64,000 bases of DNA from Alphaproteobacteria bacterium HGW-Alphaproteobacteria-3. Its GTDB lineage: Bacteria; Pseudomonadota; Alphaproteobacteria; Parvibaculales; Parvibaculaceae. Under the pieces are notes generated by a model that was given only the letters and a program-made list of their open reading frames with translations, was not told the DNA's origin and did no database searches. The position numbers and the translations under genes are program-made. Shown piece by piece: positions 1-10,022 of this stretch. The stretch is taken from the NCBI GenBank assembly GCA_002842875.1, contig PHEF01000007.1, positions 3,671-67,670 of the forward strand, read 5' to 3'. How positions within the stretch are numbered: the first letter of the stretch is position 1; each line of letters starts with the position of its first letter.

Positions 1-142
1 GGCCCTTCTCGCTCTCGTCGCCGTCACATCCGTTCCCCGTTACCTCGGCCGGCCCTGAAAGCGGCCCGGAACGGACGGAATTGAGCGTTTTTCGGGCCCC
101 GAAGCAAGCCCCAAGGGGAGCCCGGCGGCACGCCTGAAAGTC

Positions 143-1117
143 TCAGATTTTGAAGTAGCCGCGATACCATTCGGCAAAACGGGTCAGTCCTTCACGCAGG
201 CCGACCTCGGGCTTGAAGCCGAGATCGTGGCCGATCGCGCCGATATCGGCATAGGTCCGCGGCACGTCGCCCGGCTGCATGGGCTCATATTCCCGAATGG
301 CTTTGACGCCGAGGACCTCCTCCAGGATGTCGATGAAAGTCCCGAGCCGCTCCGGCTTGTTGTGGCCGATATTGTAGACCCGGTGCGGCGCCCCCGCATC
401 GGTCTGTGGTGGATGATCGAGAGCGGCAACCGTTCCCCGGACGATGTCATCCACATAGGTAAAATCCCGCCACATATTACCGTCATTGAAGACGCGGATC
501 GGCCGACCCTTGAGCATGGCCTCGGTGAAAAGCCAGTAGGCCATGTCGGGCCGCCCCCAGGGACCATAGACCGTGAAGTATCTGAGCCCGGTCTGCGGAA
601 TGCCGTAGAGATGCGAATAGGCATGGCTCATCAGCTCGTCCGCCTTCTTGGTGGCGGCATAAAGCGATACCGGATGATCCACGGGGTCGCTCTCGCTGAA
701 GGGAACCTTCTCGTTGCCGCCATAGACGGAGCTGGAAGAGGCATAGACGAGATGCTCGACCGTACCGAGACCGCGGCAAAGCTCGAGAATCTCGAGATGT
801 CCGTCGAGATTGGAACGGACATAGGCGCGGGGGTTTTCAAGCGAATAGCGAACGCCCGCCTGGGCCGCGAGGTGAACCACCTTGAGGATTTTTCTCCCCC
901 GGACGGCATCCGCCAGGGCGCCGGTGTCGGCTATGTCGCCCCTAAGGAACGAGAAGCCGTTCCGGCCCCTCAGCCGCTCAAGCCGCGCTTCCTTGAGGCC
1001 GGGATCGTAATAGGCGTTCATGTCGTCGATACCGGCCACCGTATCGCCGCGATCGAGGAGGTGGTGGCAAACGTGACTGCCAATGAAACCGGCAGCGCCT
1101 GTCACGAGAACCGTCAT
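143..1117 (-). CDS. UDP-glucuronate 4-epimerase (extended SDR, NAD-dependent epimerase/dehydratase)
   Basis: The track ORF is 143..1183. The likely true start is MTVLVTGAAGFIGS (Rossmann GxxGxxG). It has the YAATKKA YxxxK catalytic motif, resembles LpsL/Cap1J-type UDP-GlcA epimerases overall, and is divergent from ugd. Confidence 0.85.
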   Translation of the reverse strand: MTVLVTGAAGFIGSHVCHHLLDRGDTVAGIDDMNAYYDPGLKEARLERLRGRNGFSFLRGDIADTGALADAVRGRKILKVVHLAAQAGVRYSLENPRAYVRSNLDGHLEILELCRGLGTVEHLVYASSSSVYGGNEKVPFSESDPVDHPVSLYAATKKADELMSHAYSHLYGIPQTGLRYFTVYGPWGRPDMAYWLFTEAMLKGRPIRVFNDGNMWRDFTYVDDIVRGTVAALDHPPQTDAGAPHRVYNIGHNKPERLGTFIDILEEVLGVKAIREYEPMQPGDVPRTYADIGAIGHDLGFKPEVGLREGLTRFAEWYRGYFKI

Positions 1118-1271
1118 ATTTTCTGTCCGCTTGCCATGATCGACCGCTCCGGGAAGATGGTCCATATACGCAAGACAATGCAAGCCGAAGGCTGTTCCGA
1201 GGCTTCATTTAATTGATCAAAGCCGCTATGAACGGTCTGGGGATGCAAGCCCGCAAGATAGAGGATACGGC

Positions 1272-2576
1272 ATGCGCGTAGCGATGATTGGGTCTGGTTA
1301 TGTGGGGCTGGTGTCCGGCGCATGTTTCGCCGACTTCGGACACGAGGTGACCTGCGTCGACAAGGACGAAAGAAAGATCGATGCGCTTAACCGGGGTGAA
1401 ATCCCGATCTACGAACCGGGTCTCGACGTACTGGTTAACGGCAACAGGTTCGCCGGCCGCCTCTCTTTTACAACCGATCTTTCCAAGGCCGTTGCCGGCG
1501 CCGATGCAGTCTTTATCGCAGTTGGCACGCCCACCCGTCGCGGCGATGGGCATGCCGATCTGTCTTTCGTTTACGCCGCAGCAGAGGAAATTGCCGCGGC
1601 CATAACCGGCTATACGGTGATCGTGACGAAGTCGACCGTGCCCGTCGGCACGGCGGACGAAGTCGAGGCGATCGTCAAGCGCGTCGCTCCCGATGCCGAT
1701 TTTTCGGTCGCTTCGAACCCCGAATTCCTGCGAGAGGGCGCTGCCATCGACGACTTCAAACGGCCGGACCGCGTAGTCGTCGGCGCGGAGGACGAACGCG
1801 CCCGTGACGTGATGCGTGCGCTCTACCGACCGCTCAACCTTAACGAAACGCCGCTCCTCTTCACCAACCGCCGCACAGCCGAACTCACGAAATACGCAGC
1901 CAACGCCTTCCTTGCGACCAAGATCACGTTCATCAATGAAATGGCGGATATCTGCGAGAAGACAGGCGCCAATGTCCAAGATGTGGCGCGCGGCATTGGC
2001 CTCGACCGGCGCATCGGATCGAAGTTTCTCCATGCGGGTCCGGGCTATGGCGGTTCCTGTTTTCCCAAGGATACGCTGGCTCTTGTCCGCACGGCGCAGC
2101 AATTCCAGTCGCCGACACGCATCGTGGAAGCGGTGGTCGAGGTGAACGCTGCACGCAAAAAACGCATGGTGGACAAGATCGAGGAAGCCTGTGGCGGCAG
2201 CGTGAAAGGCAAGACGGTGGCCATTCTCGGCCTCACCTTCAAGCCGGAGACGGACGACATGCGCGACGCGCCCTCGCTCGATATCGTCCCCGGCCTCATC
2301 GATCGCGGGGCCACCGTGAAAGCGCATGACCCACAGGGCATGAAAGAGGCGAGCCACGTGCTTCCACAGAGCGTCGTCTATTGCGATTCCGCCTACCAGG
2401 CAGCCGGCAGGACCGACGCCGTCGTGATTGTCACGGAATGGAATGAGTATCGCGCGCTCGATCTGGTGCGCCTGGCCGGCGAAATGAACGAACCCGTCTT
2501 GATAGATTTACGGAACATCTACAGCATGGACGAAGTGAAGGCGGCGGGCTTCACCTATATGAGCGTTGGCCGGTAA
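1272..2576 (+). CDS. ugd: UDP-glucose 6-dehydrogenase
   Basis: 434 aa. N-terminal [20 protein letters not shown] dinucleotide fold and catalytic-Cys motif GGSCFPKD; full-length UDPGDH architecture. Confidence 0.93.
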   Translation: MRVAMIGSGYVGLVSGACFADFGHEVTCVDKDERKIDALNRGEIPIYEPGLDVLVNGNRFAGRLSFTTDLSKAVAGADAVFIAVGTPTRRGDGHADLSFVYAAAEEIAAAITGYTVIVTKSTVPVGTADEVEAIVKRVAPDADFSVASNPEFLREGAAIDDFKRPDRVVVGAEDERARDVMRALYRPLNLNETPLLFTNRRTAELTKYAANAFLATKITFINEMADICEKTGANVQDVARGIGLDRRIGSKFLHAGPGYGGSCFPKDTLALVRTAQQFQSPTRIVEAVVEVNAARKKRMVDKIEEACGGSVKGKTVAILGLTFKPETDDMRDAPSLDIVPGLIDRGATVKAHDPQGMKEASHVLPQSVVYCDSAYQAAGRTDAVVIVTEWNEYRALDLVRLAGEMNEPVLIDLRNIYSMDEVKAAGFTYMSVGR

Positions 2577-2598
2577 GACGCACCCTGAGGAATCCAAT

Positions 2599-3552
2599 AT
2601 GAACACTGACGCCAAGAGAATTCTGGTGACTGGCGGCGCCGGCTTCCTAGGGTCGCACCTTTGCGACAAGCTCATCGCGGATGGGCACGAAGTCCTGTGT
2701 CTCGACAATTTCTATACCGGCCGGAAGAGAAATATTGCTCATCTGCTTCAGCACGAACGCTTCGAGCTCGTGCGTCACGACGTCACATTCCCGGTCTATC
2801 TCGAGGTGGACGAGATCTACAATCTCGCATGCCCCGCGTCGCCCGTGCACTACCAGAACGATCCGGTGCAGACGTTGAAGACGAGCGTGCATGGCGCCAT
2901 CAACATGCTAGGCCTCGCCAAACGGCTCAGAATCCCGATTTTCCAGGCCTCAACCTCCGAGGTCTATGGCGACCCTGCGGTCCACCCCCAAACCGAAAAA
3001 TACTGGGGCAACGTGAATCCGCTCGGCATCCGCTCCTGCTACGACGAGGGAAAGCGCGCAGCTGAAACGCTCTTTTTTGACTACCACCGTCAGCACGGCC
3101 TCCAGATCAAGGTTGCCCGTATTTTCAACACATACGGGCCGCGCATGCATCCGAACGACGGCCGCGTCGTATCGAATTTCATCGTTCAGGCGCTGCGGGG
3201 AGAGGACATCACGATATATGGCGAGGGCTCGCAAACGCGTTCATTCTGCTATATGGACGATCTCATTGAAGGCTTCGTACGCTTGATGAGTACGGGGCCG
3301 GACTTCACAGGGCCCGTGAACCTCGGCAATCCCGGTGAGTTCTCGATCCTCCAGCTCGCGGAAAAGGTTATCGAACTCACCGGATCGAAATCGAAGCTCG
3401 TCTACAAGCCGTTGCCCGCCGACGACCCCACGCAACGCTGCCCCGACATTTCCCTCGCGAAGAAGGTTCTCGGCTGGCAACCCGCGGTTTCTCTTGAACC
3501 CGGCCTGAAGCACACCATCAAGTATTTCGACGAATTGCTGCGCGATGCCTGA
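2599..3552 (+). CDS. uxs: UDP-glucuronate decarboxylase (UDP-xylose synthase)
   Basis: ATG at 2599 is preceded by [32 protein letters not shown] and YDEGKRAAE (YxxxK) are typical of UXS-type SDRs. It lies directly downstream of ugd. Confidence 0.87.
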   Translation: MNTDAKRILVTGGAGFLGSHLCDKLIADGHEVLCLDNFYTGRKRNIAHLLQHERFELVRHDVTFPVYLEVDEIYNLACPASPVHYQNDPVQTLKTSVHGAINMLGLAKRLRIPIFQASTSEVYGDPAVHPQTEKYWGNVNPLGIRSCYDEGKRAAETLFFDYHRQHGLQIKVARIFNTYGPRMHPNDGRVVSNFIVQALRGEDITIYGEGSQTRSFCYMDDLIEGFVRLMSTGPDFTGPVNLGNPGEFSILQLAEKVIELTGSKSKLVYKPLPADDPTQRCPDISLAKKVLGWQPAVSLEPGLKHTIKYFDELLRDA

Positions 3553-4660
3553 GAACCGCCGCCAAGCCCCGGTCGCGATCTTCCTCTCTGCAATGAGCGG
3601 AGGCGGCGCGGAGCGCGCCATGCTCAATCTCGCGAACCGATTTGCGGAGCTGGAGCAGCCGGTGGACATGGTTCTCGGGCGCCGGGAAGGTCCCTATCTG
3701 AATCAGCTCGACCCTCGGGTCCGGGTCATCGACCTCGGCGTGACGCGCATGCTGAAGGCACTGCCCGCTCTCAATGCCTATATGCGTCGCGAACGGCCTG
3801 CGGCACTCATGCCTGCCCTGGCACACACGCATATTGTTTCGCTGGTCGGAAAGAAGCTTTACCGCTGGCCGTCTCGACTTGTTCTGAGCATACAGAACAC
3901 TCCCTCCGCGAGCGCAGGCATCGCACCGCGTTGGATCGAGCGCAACTGGCCGATTTTCGTGAAGGCCCTCTATGGCGGTGCCGACGACACCGTAGCGATA
4001 TCCCAGGGCGTCGCCGAGGACATAAGAAGACTGACAGGAGGGAAGGCGTCTCCCCATGTCATTCACAACCCTGTCGTGACACCATCCTTCTTCAGGCAAC
4101 TCGAGGAAGAAGCGACGCATCCCTGGTTCCGTGACAAGTCCGTTCCGGTCATCCTCGCCGCGGGGCGCCTCACCAACCAGAAGGACTACCCGACCATGCT
4201 GGAGGCATTCGCGCGTCTTCTTGCGCGACGCCCTGCGCGGTTGATCATTCTCGGCGAAGGAGAGCTGAAGGACGAACTCGTCGCACTCTGTTCGTCACTG
4301 TCCATTTCCGATCACGTCGCCTTCGCGGGCTTCGCCTCCAACCCCTATTCCTTGATGAAGGCGGCGAACCTCTTCGTTCTTTCGTCGCGATGGGAAGGGC
4401 TGGCGAACGTCATCGCAGAGTCCCTTGCCTGTGGAACTCCCGTCGTCAGCACCGACTGCCCGAGCGGACCTTCCGAGATTCTGGCCGGTGGAAAATACGG
4501 CCGGCTGGTACCGGTCGGCGATCCGGCAGCCCTCGCGGACGCCATCCAGGCGTCCCTTGAAAGCCCGCCCGACAAGGCTTTGTTGGCCCGGCGGGGAGCG
4601 GATTTCGCGGTGGAAAATATCGCCCAGCACTATCTCGACATTCTTCTGCCGAACGGGTGA
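3545..4660 (+). CDS. Glycosyltransferase family 4 (GT-B)
   Basis: N-terminal [22 protein letters not shown] and C-terminal [25 protein letters not shown] (EX7E-type motif). The start overlaps the uxs stop. Confidence 0.85.
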   Translation: MPENRRQAPVAIFLSAMSGGGAERAMLNLANRFAELEQPVDMVLGRREGPYLNQLDPRVRVIDLGVTRMLKALPALNAYMRRERPAALMPALAHTHIVSLVGKKLYRWPSRLVLSIQNTPSASAGIAPRWIERNWPIFVKALYGGADDTVAISQGVAEDIRRLTGGKASPHVIHNPVVTPSFFRQLEEEATHPWFRDKSVPVILAAGRLTNQKDYPTMLEAFARLLARRPARLIILGEGELKDELVALCSSLSISDHVAFAGFASNPYSLMKAANLFVLSSRWEGLANVIAESLACGTPVVSTDCPSGPSEILAGGKYGRLVPVGDPAALADAIQASLESPPDKALLARRGADFAVENIAQHYLDILLPNG

Positions 4661-5832
4661 GAAGCGTGAGCCTTCTGTTTTGCCACGACCACCGTTTCTT
4701 CGTCGCCGCCGACGGCAGGATTTATTCCTACGGCCAGTACGACATAACGATTCTCAATCGCTATGTTGAAATCTTCGGTGACGTCACGATAGCGGCGCGA
4801 GGCGTTGCACTGGACGAGAAAGCTGACCTGTCGCGCTACAGCCTCTGCTCATCTGAGAATATCTCGTTTCTCTGGATGCCCAACCTTTCCTCCTTGCGCG
4901 GCCTGACCGTCGACAGGTCTGCCGCGCGTCGCCTTCTAGTGGAAGCCGTGACACACGCAGACGTCGTCATTGCCCGTCTGCCGAGCGAGATCGGCTTGAT
5001 GGCCCTGGGTACCGCACGGAATCTCGGGAAGCCCGCCGGGGCGGAAGTGGTCGCCTGCGTCTGGGATGGATTGAGAAGCCATGGTGGCCTCCTCTCGCGG
5101 CTGTATGCACCTCTGGCCTATATGCGCATGCGCAGAGCGGTCGCGACAGCAGGCTGGGCGCACTATGTCACCCAGCATTTTCTTCAGGCCCGCTATCCCT
5201 CGACCGGAAAGACGCTGGCGGCATCGGACGTCGACCTGCCCGAGCCGGACGAAAACATCCTTTCCCGCAGGCTTGCGCGCATCTCCGCCGCGGGTCCCGT
5301 CACCTTTGGCATGATCGCCGCGCTCTTCCACAAGGAGAAGGGGATCGATGTCGCCATCAAAGCCTTTGCCCGCGCCCGCAGCGAAAGGCCCGACATCAGG
5401 CTCAAGGTTCTCGGGCCGGGCGACAGCGCGCCATGGCGCAAGCTGGCGAGAGAGCTGGGAGTGGAAGAAAGCGTGGAATTTTGCGGCAGTCTTCCGCGCG
5501 GCGAAGCGGTTCTGAAATGGATCGACGGTATCGATGTCTATGTGCAGGCGAGCTTTCAGGAGGGCCTGCCAAGAGCGCTGATGGAGGCGATGAGCCGCGC
5601 CTGCCCCGCGCTGGCGTCGTCGGCCGGCGGCACGGCGGAACTCGTCGAAGCGGAATGCCTGCACAGGCCCGGCGACCGTAAAACGCTTGCACAGCAAATG
5701 ATTTCAGCCTGCGATATTGGATGGCTGCATCATTCCGCCGCTAGGAATTTTGCAGTCTCTGGGACTTACAGCAGTAAGCGCTTGAGGGAGTTCCAAGTAG
5801 AATTTTGGCGAAAAATTATGTCGTCGCCCTAG
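4657..5832 (+). CDS. Glycosyltransferase family 4 (GT-B)
   Basis: 391 aa. The GTG start overlaps the upstream stop (GTGA). C-terminal SFQEGLPRALMEAMSRACPALAS is a GT4 signature. Confidence 0.8.
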   Translation: MRSVSLLFCHDHRFFVAADGRIYSYGQYDITILNRYVEIFGDVTIAARGVALDEKADLSRYSLCSSENISFLWMPNLSSLRGLTVDRSAARRLLVEAVTHADVVIARLPSEIGLMALGTARNLGKPAGAEVVACVWDGLRSHGGLLSRLYAPLAYMRMRRAVATAGWAHYVTQHFLQARYPSTGKTLAASDVDLPEPDENILSRRLARISAAGPVTFGMIAALFHKEKGIDVAIKAFARARSERPDIRLKVLGPGDSAPWRKLARELGVEESVEFCGSLPRGEAVLKWIDGIDVYVQASFQEGLPRALMEAMSRACPALASSAGGTAELVEAECLHRPGDRKTLAQQMISACDIGWLHHSAARNFAVSGTYSSKRLREFQVEFWRKIMSSP

Positions 5833-6620
5833 GCAGCGTTACTCAGCTCACGAGCTGCCGTGTAAACTTCGATATCAGCCGCACAAAGCTCCGTGACTAT
5901 CCTGAGCGTTTCGGCGGAGAGGCGCGACCTGTACCCAACACCCCCATGACTCCCAACGTTTTCGTGTCTAATTCGCAGCCGTATTCCAAGTAAGGTTTGC
6001 AAATCCTTTTCGAAAGTCGGCAGCCGGTCTAAAAATCCGATCTTGTCGAAATACTCTAGGTTTGCCACAGCAGCTGCTATGGCCGCAGGGCCAGAAAAAT
6101 CATTCCCGTAAGGCAACCCAGAAAGATATTCCACATAGCTACTGCCGAGCCTACGCGCTCGATCTGTCCTCACAAATTCATCAAGGGAAAGCTCAATTCT
6201 AGAATAATCGTCGCGATTCAAGCTGTGAAAGTAATGCGACACAAAACGGTCCACAGGGTCTCGGAGAATAGTAACGAACTTGTATTCGCCCGCCGCCATC
6301 GTCCACGCTCCCTTAGAGAATGGGACATGTGCGGAAATGCAGCGCGTCCGGTCGGAAATCAGATACGCGAGCATGCGCTGCCTGAACTCATGAACCACAC
6401 CCAAAAGCTCTTCATCGCCAAGATCAGGAAGATTGGCTTTGATCGCGCGGTAGCTATGAATCGGGTGAACGGTGTTTTGCGACAGCAAATAGCGAAGCCT
6501 CAGCGCTCTTCCAACGGAGGTTCCTCCGCATTTCGGTATATGCAGAAAGACGACCGGCTTCCCCGTAGCCGCATTGACAGCAAAAGCTTGCCATCTCTTG
6601 AGCCTGTCGACCAAACTCAT
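5829..6620 (-). CDS. PAPS-dependent carbohydrate sulfotransferase family protein
   Basis: 5'-PSB-like motif VVFLHIPKCGGTSVGRAL and 3'-PB-like motif TILRDPVDRFVSHYFH. The track ORF runs to 6638, but the ATG at 6620 has a G-rich SD (GGGGGG) upstream. The gene is lower in GC than its flanks. Confidence 0.75.
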   Translation of the reverse strand: MSLVDRLKRWQAFAVNAATGKPVVFLHIPKCGGTSVGRALRLRYLLSQNTVHPIHSYRAIKANLPDLGDEELLGVVHEFRQRMLAYLISDRTRCISAHVPFSKGAWTMAAGEYKFVTILRDPVDRFVSHYFHSLNRDDYSRIELSLDEFVRTDRARRLGSSYVEYLSGLPYGNDFSGPAAIAAAVANLEYFDKIGFLDRLPTFEKDLQTLLGIRLRIRHENVGSHGGVGYRSRLSAETLRIVTELCAADIEVYTAARELSNAA

Positions 6621-6707
6621 ACCGCGCCCCCCGTGCATAATTTAGACAGAAAGAGCCGCATTGTTTGCGAGACAACAACGACGGCGGATTAATACCGTAC
6701 AGTTTGT

Positions 6708-7265
6708 TCAGGCTTGCTGTTTCTGAATCACTCGTGCAGGATTCCCGACAACAACGCTGCCGTCCGGCACATTCTTAACCACCACGGTGCCTGCACCTAT
6801 CCGTACTGATGATCCAACCGTCAGCGGACCTATCACCATCGCTCCAATGCCCATGAGGACACTGTCGCCAAGGACTAGGTCACCGCGTTTGATCGCACGC
6901 GAAACCCCAATTGTATTTCCGCCAGTCATATAGAGATTCTCACCCGCAATCGTCTGCCCGTTGACGACACATGACCTTACCGCATGAACCAAACGCAGGC
7001 CGCGCCCGATTTCCGCTGTCTTTGGAAACTCGTGGCGCCCGCCAATCATACGACACCAGATGAGTATTGGACTAACTAGAATGAGAAAAGGTGCGCTATA
7101 TCTTCCAGTAGCAAGGTAGATAAAGCGCCGAATTCTATAGGAAATGATGACACAAGAACCACCTCGAAACAGCGCCGTCAGGAATCTGGAAATGCTCGAT
7201 TGTCCACGAGCATCGAGTGACATCTCATGAAGCATGTACGAAAGCTGGTCCGCTATCCTCCCCAT
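6708..7265 (-). CDS. Hexapeptide-repeat acyl/acetyltransferase (serine-acetyltransferase/WcaB-like)
   Basis: C-terminal left-handed beta-helix repeats (IGIGAMVIGPLTVGSSVRIGAGTVVVKNVPDGSVVVGNPARV). It sits in the lower-GC cassette next to the sulfotransferase. Confidence 0.75.
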   Translation of the reverse strand: MGRIADQLSYMLHEMSLDARGQSSISRFLTALFRGGSCVIISYRIRRFIYLATGRYSAPFLILVSPILIWCRMIGGRHEFPKTAEIGRGLRLVHAVRSCVVNGQTIAGENLYMTGGNTIGVSRAIKRGDLVLGDSVLMGIGAMVIGPLTVGSSVRIGAGTVVVKNVPDGSVVVGNPARVIQKQQA

Positions 7266-7283
7266 CTTCCTAATCCTCTATGG

Positions 7284-8474
7284 TCATAGAATCCTGCGTC
7301 GGTGCTCCCGTGGGGCGGCCGCATCGGACAGCTCCGTATAGACTTCTTCCATCTGCTCCACCATCGCCCTGAAGTCCCACGCGCCTACATCCACATCGCG
7401 CGAAGCGCTCCCCATCGACTGCCGCCGCTGATCATCGTCCAGAAGGTCCGCAAGCGCCAGCGCGGACCTGTCCCGTTCGGAGGGATCGAAGTAGAGACCG
7501 TTGACGCCGTCGCGGACCACCCGGTCGATCCCCGGCAGCCGGGTCACGAGAACAGGCTTCCCCCCGGCGACGAACTGCACGACGACACGGGGAAGCCCTT
7601 CACGCTCCGCCGCGTGGATGCAGACGTCGCTGAGCGCGATCAGACTTTCCAGATCGTCGCGGAATCCCAGAGGAACGACCCTGCCCTCAAGGCCAAGCTC
7701 GGCTATCCGTCTCCGGAGACGGGGCATCTGGAAGCCGTCGCCGCAAATCAGCAGAACGGCGCCGGGCACCCGCCGCGCCACGAGCGCAAAGACGTCGAGA
7801 AACTCGATCACGCGCTTGCGCGGCTCCAGCGCGCCGGCCATGAGCAGAAACCTCGGTTCCTGCCCGCCGCCGAGCGACACCGACACATCCGGTCCCAGCA
7901 CCTCGCGCCAGCAGGCAGGCGCGGAGGCGGACCGGAACCGCTCGATTTCCATGCCGCTCGCGATGACCCTGTGATTGCCGGGCCGCCCGATGCCCGCGGA
8001 AAGGCATTCGCTTCGCATCCCCTCGCTCACGTCGATGAACATGTCGGTGACGGGAGCGGTGATCTTCTCGATGGTCCGGAAGACGAAGGCGGACAGGCCC
8101 GGACTCCCCACGAAGGCGAGAATGTGAACGCCATGGACGATCCCCGGCACCCCGGCCGCCCACGCCGCCCATCGGCCGACGATCCCCGCCTTGCTTTCAT
8201 GCGTATGCACGAGGCCGGGCCGCAGACGCCGGAAAAGCCTGAAGCACTGCACCAGCGCCACGATGTCCTTGACCGGATGGATCGCCCGGACGAGCGAGGG
8301 CATGACGTGAAGCTCAACGCGCGGGTCGAGCCTCGCGAGAATGTCCGGGTGGCTCTCCGAGCCCACGACGAGATGCACGCGGTGCCCGAGTTCGGCCTGG
8401 CCGTTGCAGGTGAGAAGCGTGTTCTCATCTGCACCGCCGCGAATAAAACGGGTAATGACGTGGACGATGATCAT
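7284..8474 (-). CDS. Glycosyltransferase family 4 (GT-B)
   Basis: MIIVHVITRFIRGGADENTL N-terminus and AEREGLPRVVVQFVAGGKPV EX7E motif. Confidence 0.85.
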   Translation of the reverse strand: MIIVHVITRFIRGGADENTLLTCNGQAELGHRVHLVVGSESHPDILARLDPRVELHVMPSLVRAIHPVKDIVALVQCFRLFRRLRPGLVHTHESKAGIVGRWAAWAAGVPGIVHGVHILAFVGSPGLSAFVFRTIEKITAPVTDMFIDVSEGMRSECLSAGIGRPGNHRVIASGMEIERFRSASAPACWREVLGPDVSVSLGGGQEPRFLLMAGALEPRKRVIEFLDVFALVARRVPGAVLLICGDGFQMPRLRRRIAELGLEGRVVPLGFRDDLESLIALSDVCIHAAEREGLPRVVVQFVAGGKPVLVTRLPGIDRVVRDGVNGLYFDPSERDRSALALADLLDDDQRRQSMGSASRDVDVGAWDFRAMVEQMEEVYTELSDAAAPREHRRRIL

Positions 8475-8492
8475 TGGGCGCCGGGGAAGAGG

Positions 8493-10022
8493 TTACGAGC
8501 GAAGGACCGGCGCCATCCGCCGTCGGCGCACGACCCCAAGAGCCCCGAACACGGAATAGAGGACAAGGAGAGCCAGAACCATTCTGATCGTGGTCACGAA
8601 ACTCATGGATGTGCCCACGAAGTTGACCAGAACGTAGGCGTAGAGGACCTGAATGGCGGGTTCTCCAGGGTACGCGACAAACAGATTGGCCAGCCAGCGA
8701 TGGAAGGCTCCGAGAAAGAAGAAGATAAGGACCACGCCGGGTAAGTGGAAATTCCAGAACGCTTCCACTTCCGCGCCGACGGGAATACCCCAGATTCGCA
8801 CCTCGAACTCGTCGCCGATTTCGCGTCCGACGAAGTTCACATACATGTTGTAAGAGTCCGCAGAGCGCGGCTTGTCCGGCCAGATCGCCCGCGGAATCCA
8901 GAACGCGGCAGCGCCGAGATAGGTGCGCCCCATGAGAAGACCGGCGTCGTCCACTCCGGCAAAGGCGGCAAGATCCGACTCCTCGTTTCCGCGCCATTCT
9001 GCTTCCTCTCTTGCAGCTTCGATCCATTCGGCCGCACGCGTGGGATCGAGGATCGACCAGTCCACATCCGTCGCGCCGTAGTCCTGCCGGATGATGCCGG
9101 CGAGGCCGAAGAAGAAGAGGCTGACGACCGCCGCGATGGCCGCGACGCCGATCCGCGCCCGGCCCGTCTGCATCCACCAGATCATCATGAACATGACGAG
9201 CGGATAAATCAGGGCGCTGCGGGCGCCCGAAACCACGACCGTGTTGACGAGCGCGACCATCAGCATTCCCCAGAAGAGCGGGTTGCGCAGGGCGCTGCGG
9301 TCGAAGGCGAGCCAGGACAGCATCACCATCACGCCCAGACCGGCAAGAACCAGGAACTGGCCGAGCCCGGAAAAGGCCGCGGACCTGCCGCCGCGCATGA
9401 TCGCGATCTGGGCTGCGAGGCCGCCCTGCGAGACGATGAAGGCGCTGCAGACGAGGATGATGAGGCCGGCAGCGGCAATCCATTTCACCTGCTGGTTCGA
9501 AGGACGGCGAAACGCGATCCGGGGAACGCGAAATCTCGGCCCCCAGAAGAAGGCCGCGTAATAGACCGCGAGGGCGAAGCAGTAGAGCAGCGTGAGCCAT
9601 ATCCGGGCCTCCGACAGATCGGCGTCGGAGAGCGTGCTGATCGAGAAGGCGCGGCTGCTCGACCCTCCGTCAAAGGAAACGGGTGCGGAGCGGAGAGGGT
9701 CGATGAGCTGAACCGGATCCTTGAGGACAGACTTGGCCGCCACGAAGATGGACGGAAAGATGAGCGGGTGGAGCCAGCCGTAGGACGGGTGGTAGAACAG
9801 CACCGGAAGGAGTAGCAGAAAGACGTGAAGCGCCTCGGCCAGGATGAGAAGCTCGACATAGGGCGGCGCTTGATAGGCGAATGCCTGCGCGATGGCAGGC
9901 CCCAACAGGTGATAGACCGCGAAGTAAAAGACGAAGCCGACCCGCGCCCATAGAGGCATGGGAAGAAAGGGGGAAGCCCCGCCGCGGCCCGGCACGCCGG
10001 TCAGGCTAGTGTCTGAAGACAT
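8493..10022 (-). CDS. Polytopic membrane protein, probable Wzy-type repeat-unit polymerase
   Basis: 509 aa with many hydrophobic segments and one larger loop, embedded between glycosyltransferase genes. The assignment is by context only. An alternative start at MPLWARV (9959) would remove the overlap with the upstream gene. Confidence 0.55.
   Translation of the reverse strand: MSSDTSLTGVPGRGGASPFLPMPLWARVGFVFYFAVYHLLGPAIAQAFAYQAPPYVELLILAEALHVFLLLLPVLFYHPSYGWLHPLIFPSIFVAAKSVLKDPVQLIDPLRSAPVSFDGGSSSRAFSISTLSDADLSEARIWLTLLYCFALAVYYAAFFWGPRFRVPRIAFRRPSNQQVKWIAAAGLIILVCSAFIVSQGGLAAQIAIMRGGRSAAFSGLGQFLVLAGLGVMVMLSWLAFDRSALRNPLFWGMLMVALVNTVVVSGARSALIYPLVMFMMIWWMQTGRARIGVAAIAAVVSLFFFGLAGIIRQDYGATDVDWSILDPTRAAEWIEAAREEAEWRGNEESDLAAFAGVDDAGLLMGRTYLGAAAFWIPRAIWPDKPRSADSYNMYVNFVGREIGDEFEVRIWGIPVGAEVEAFWNFHLPGVVLIFFFLGAFHRWLANLFVAYPGEPAIQVLYAYVLVNFVGTSMSFVTTIRMVLALLVLYSVFGALGVVRRRRMAPVLRS

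Noticed and set aside
2-58. Possible 3' end of a plus-strand gene (ALLALVAVTSVPRYLGRP*) at the left edge.
   Set aside because: It is only 18 codons, too short to assign or even to confirm as coding. It is mentioned only as a hint that the polysaccharide locus may continue upstream.
227-1216. Long ORFs antisense or out of frame to recognisable genes. Examples are 227..1216(+), 1209..2357(-), 7302..8744(+), 8425..9600(-), 9958..11349(+), 15118..16989(+), 25929..28199(+), 27879..29237(-), 45876..46955(-), 47096..49561(+), 49891..52230(-), 56068..57939(+), 42796..44616(-) and 60049..61113(+).
   Set aside because: They are typical high-GC shadow ORFs. Their translations are Arg/Pro/Gly/Ala-rich and low in complexity, with no motifs, no RBS context and no signal or TM logic. 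Each fully overlaps a gene with clear family signatures on the other strand or frame.
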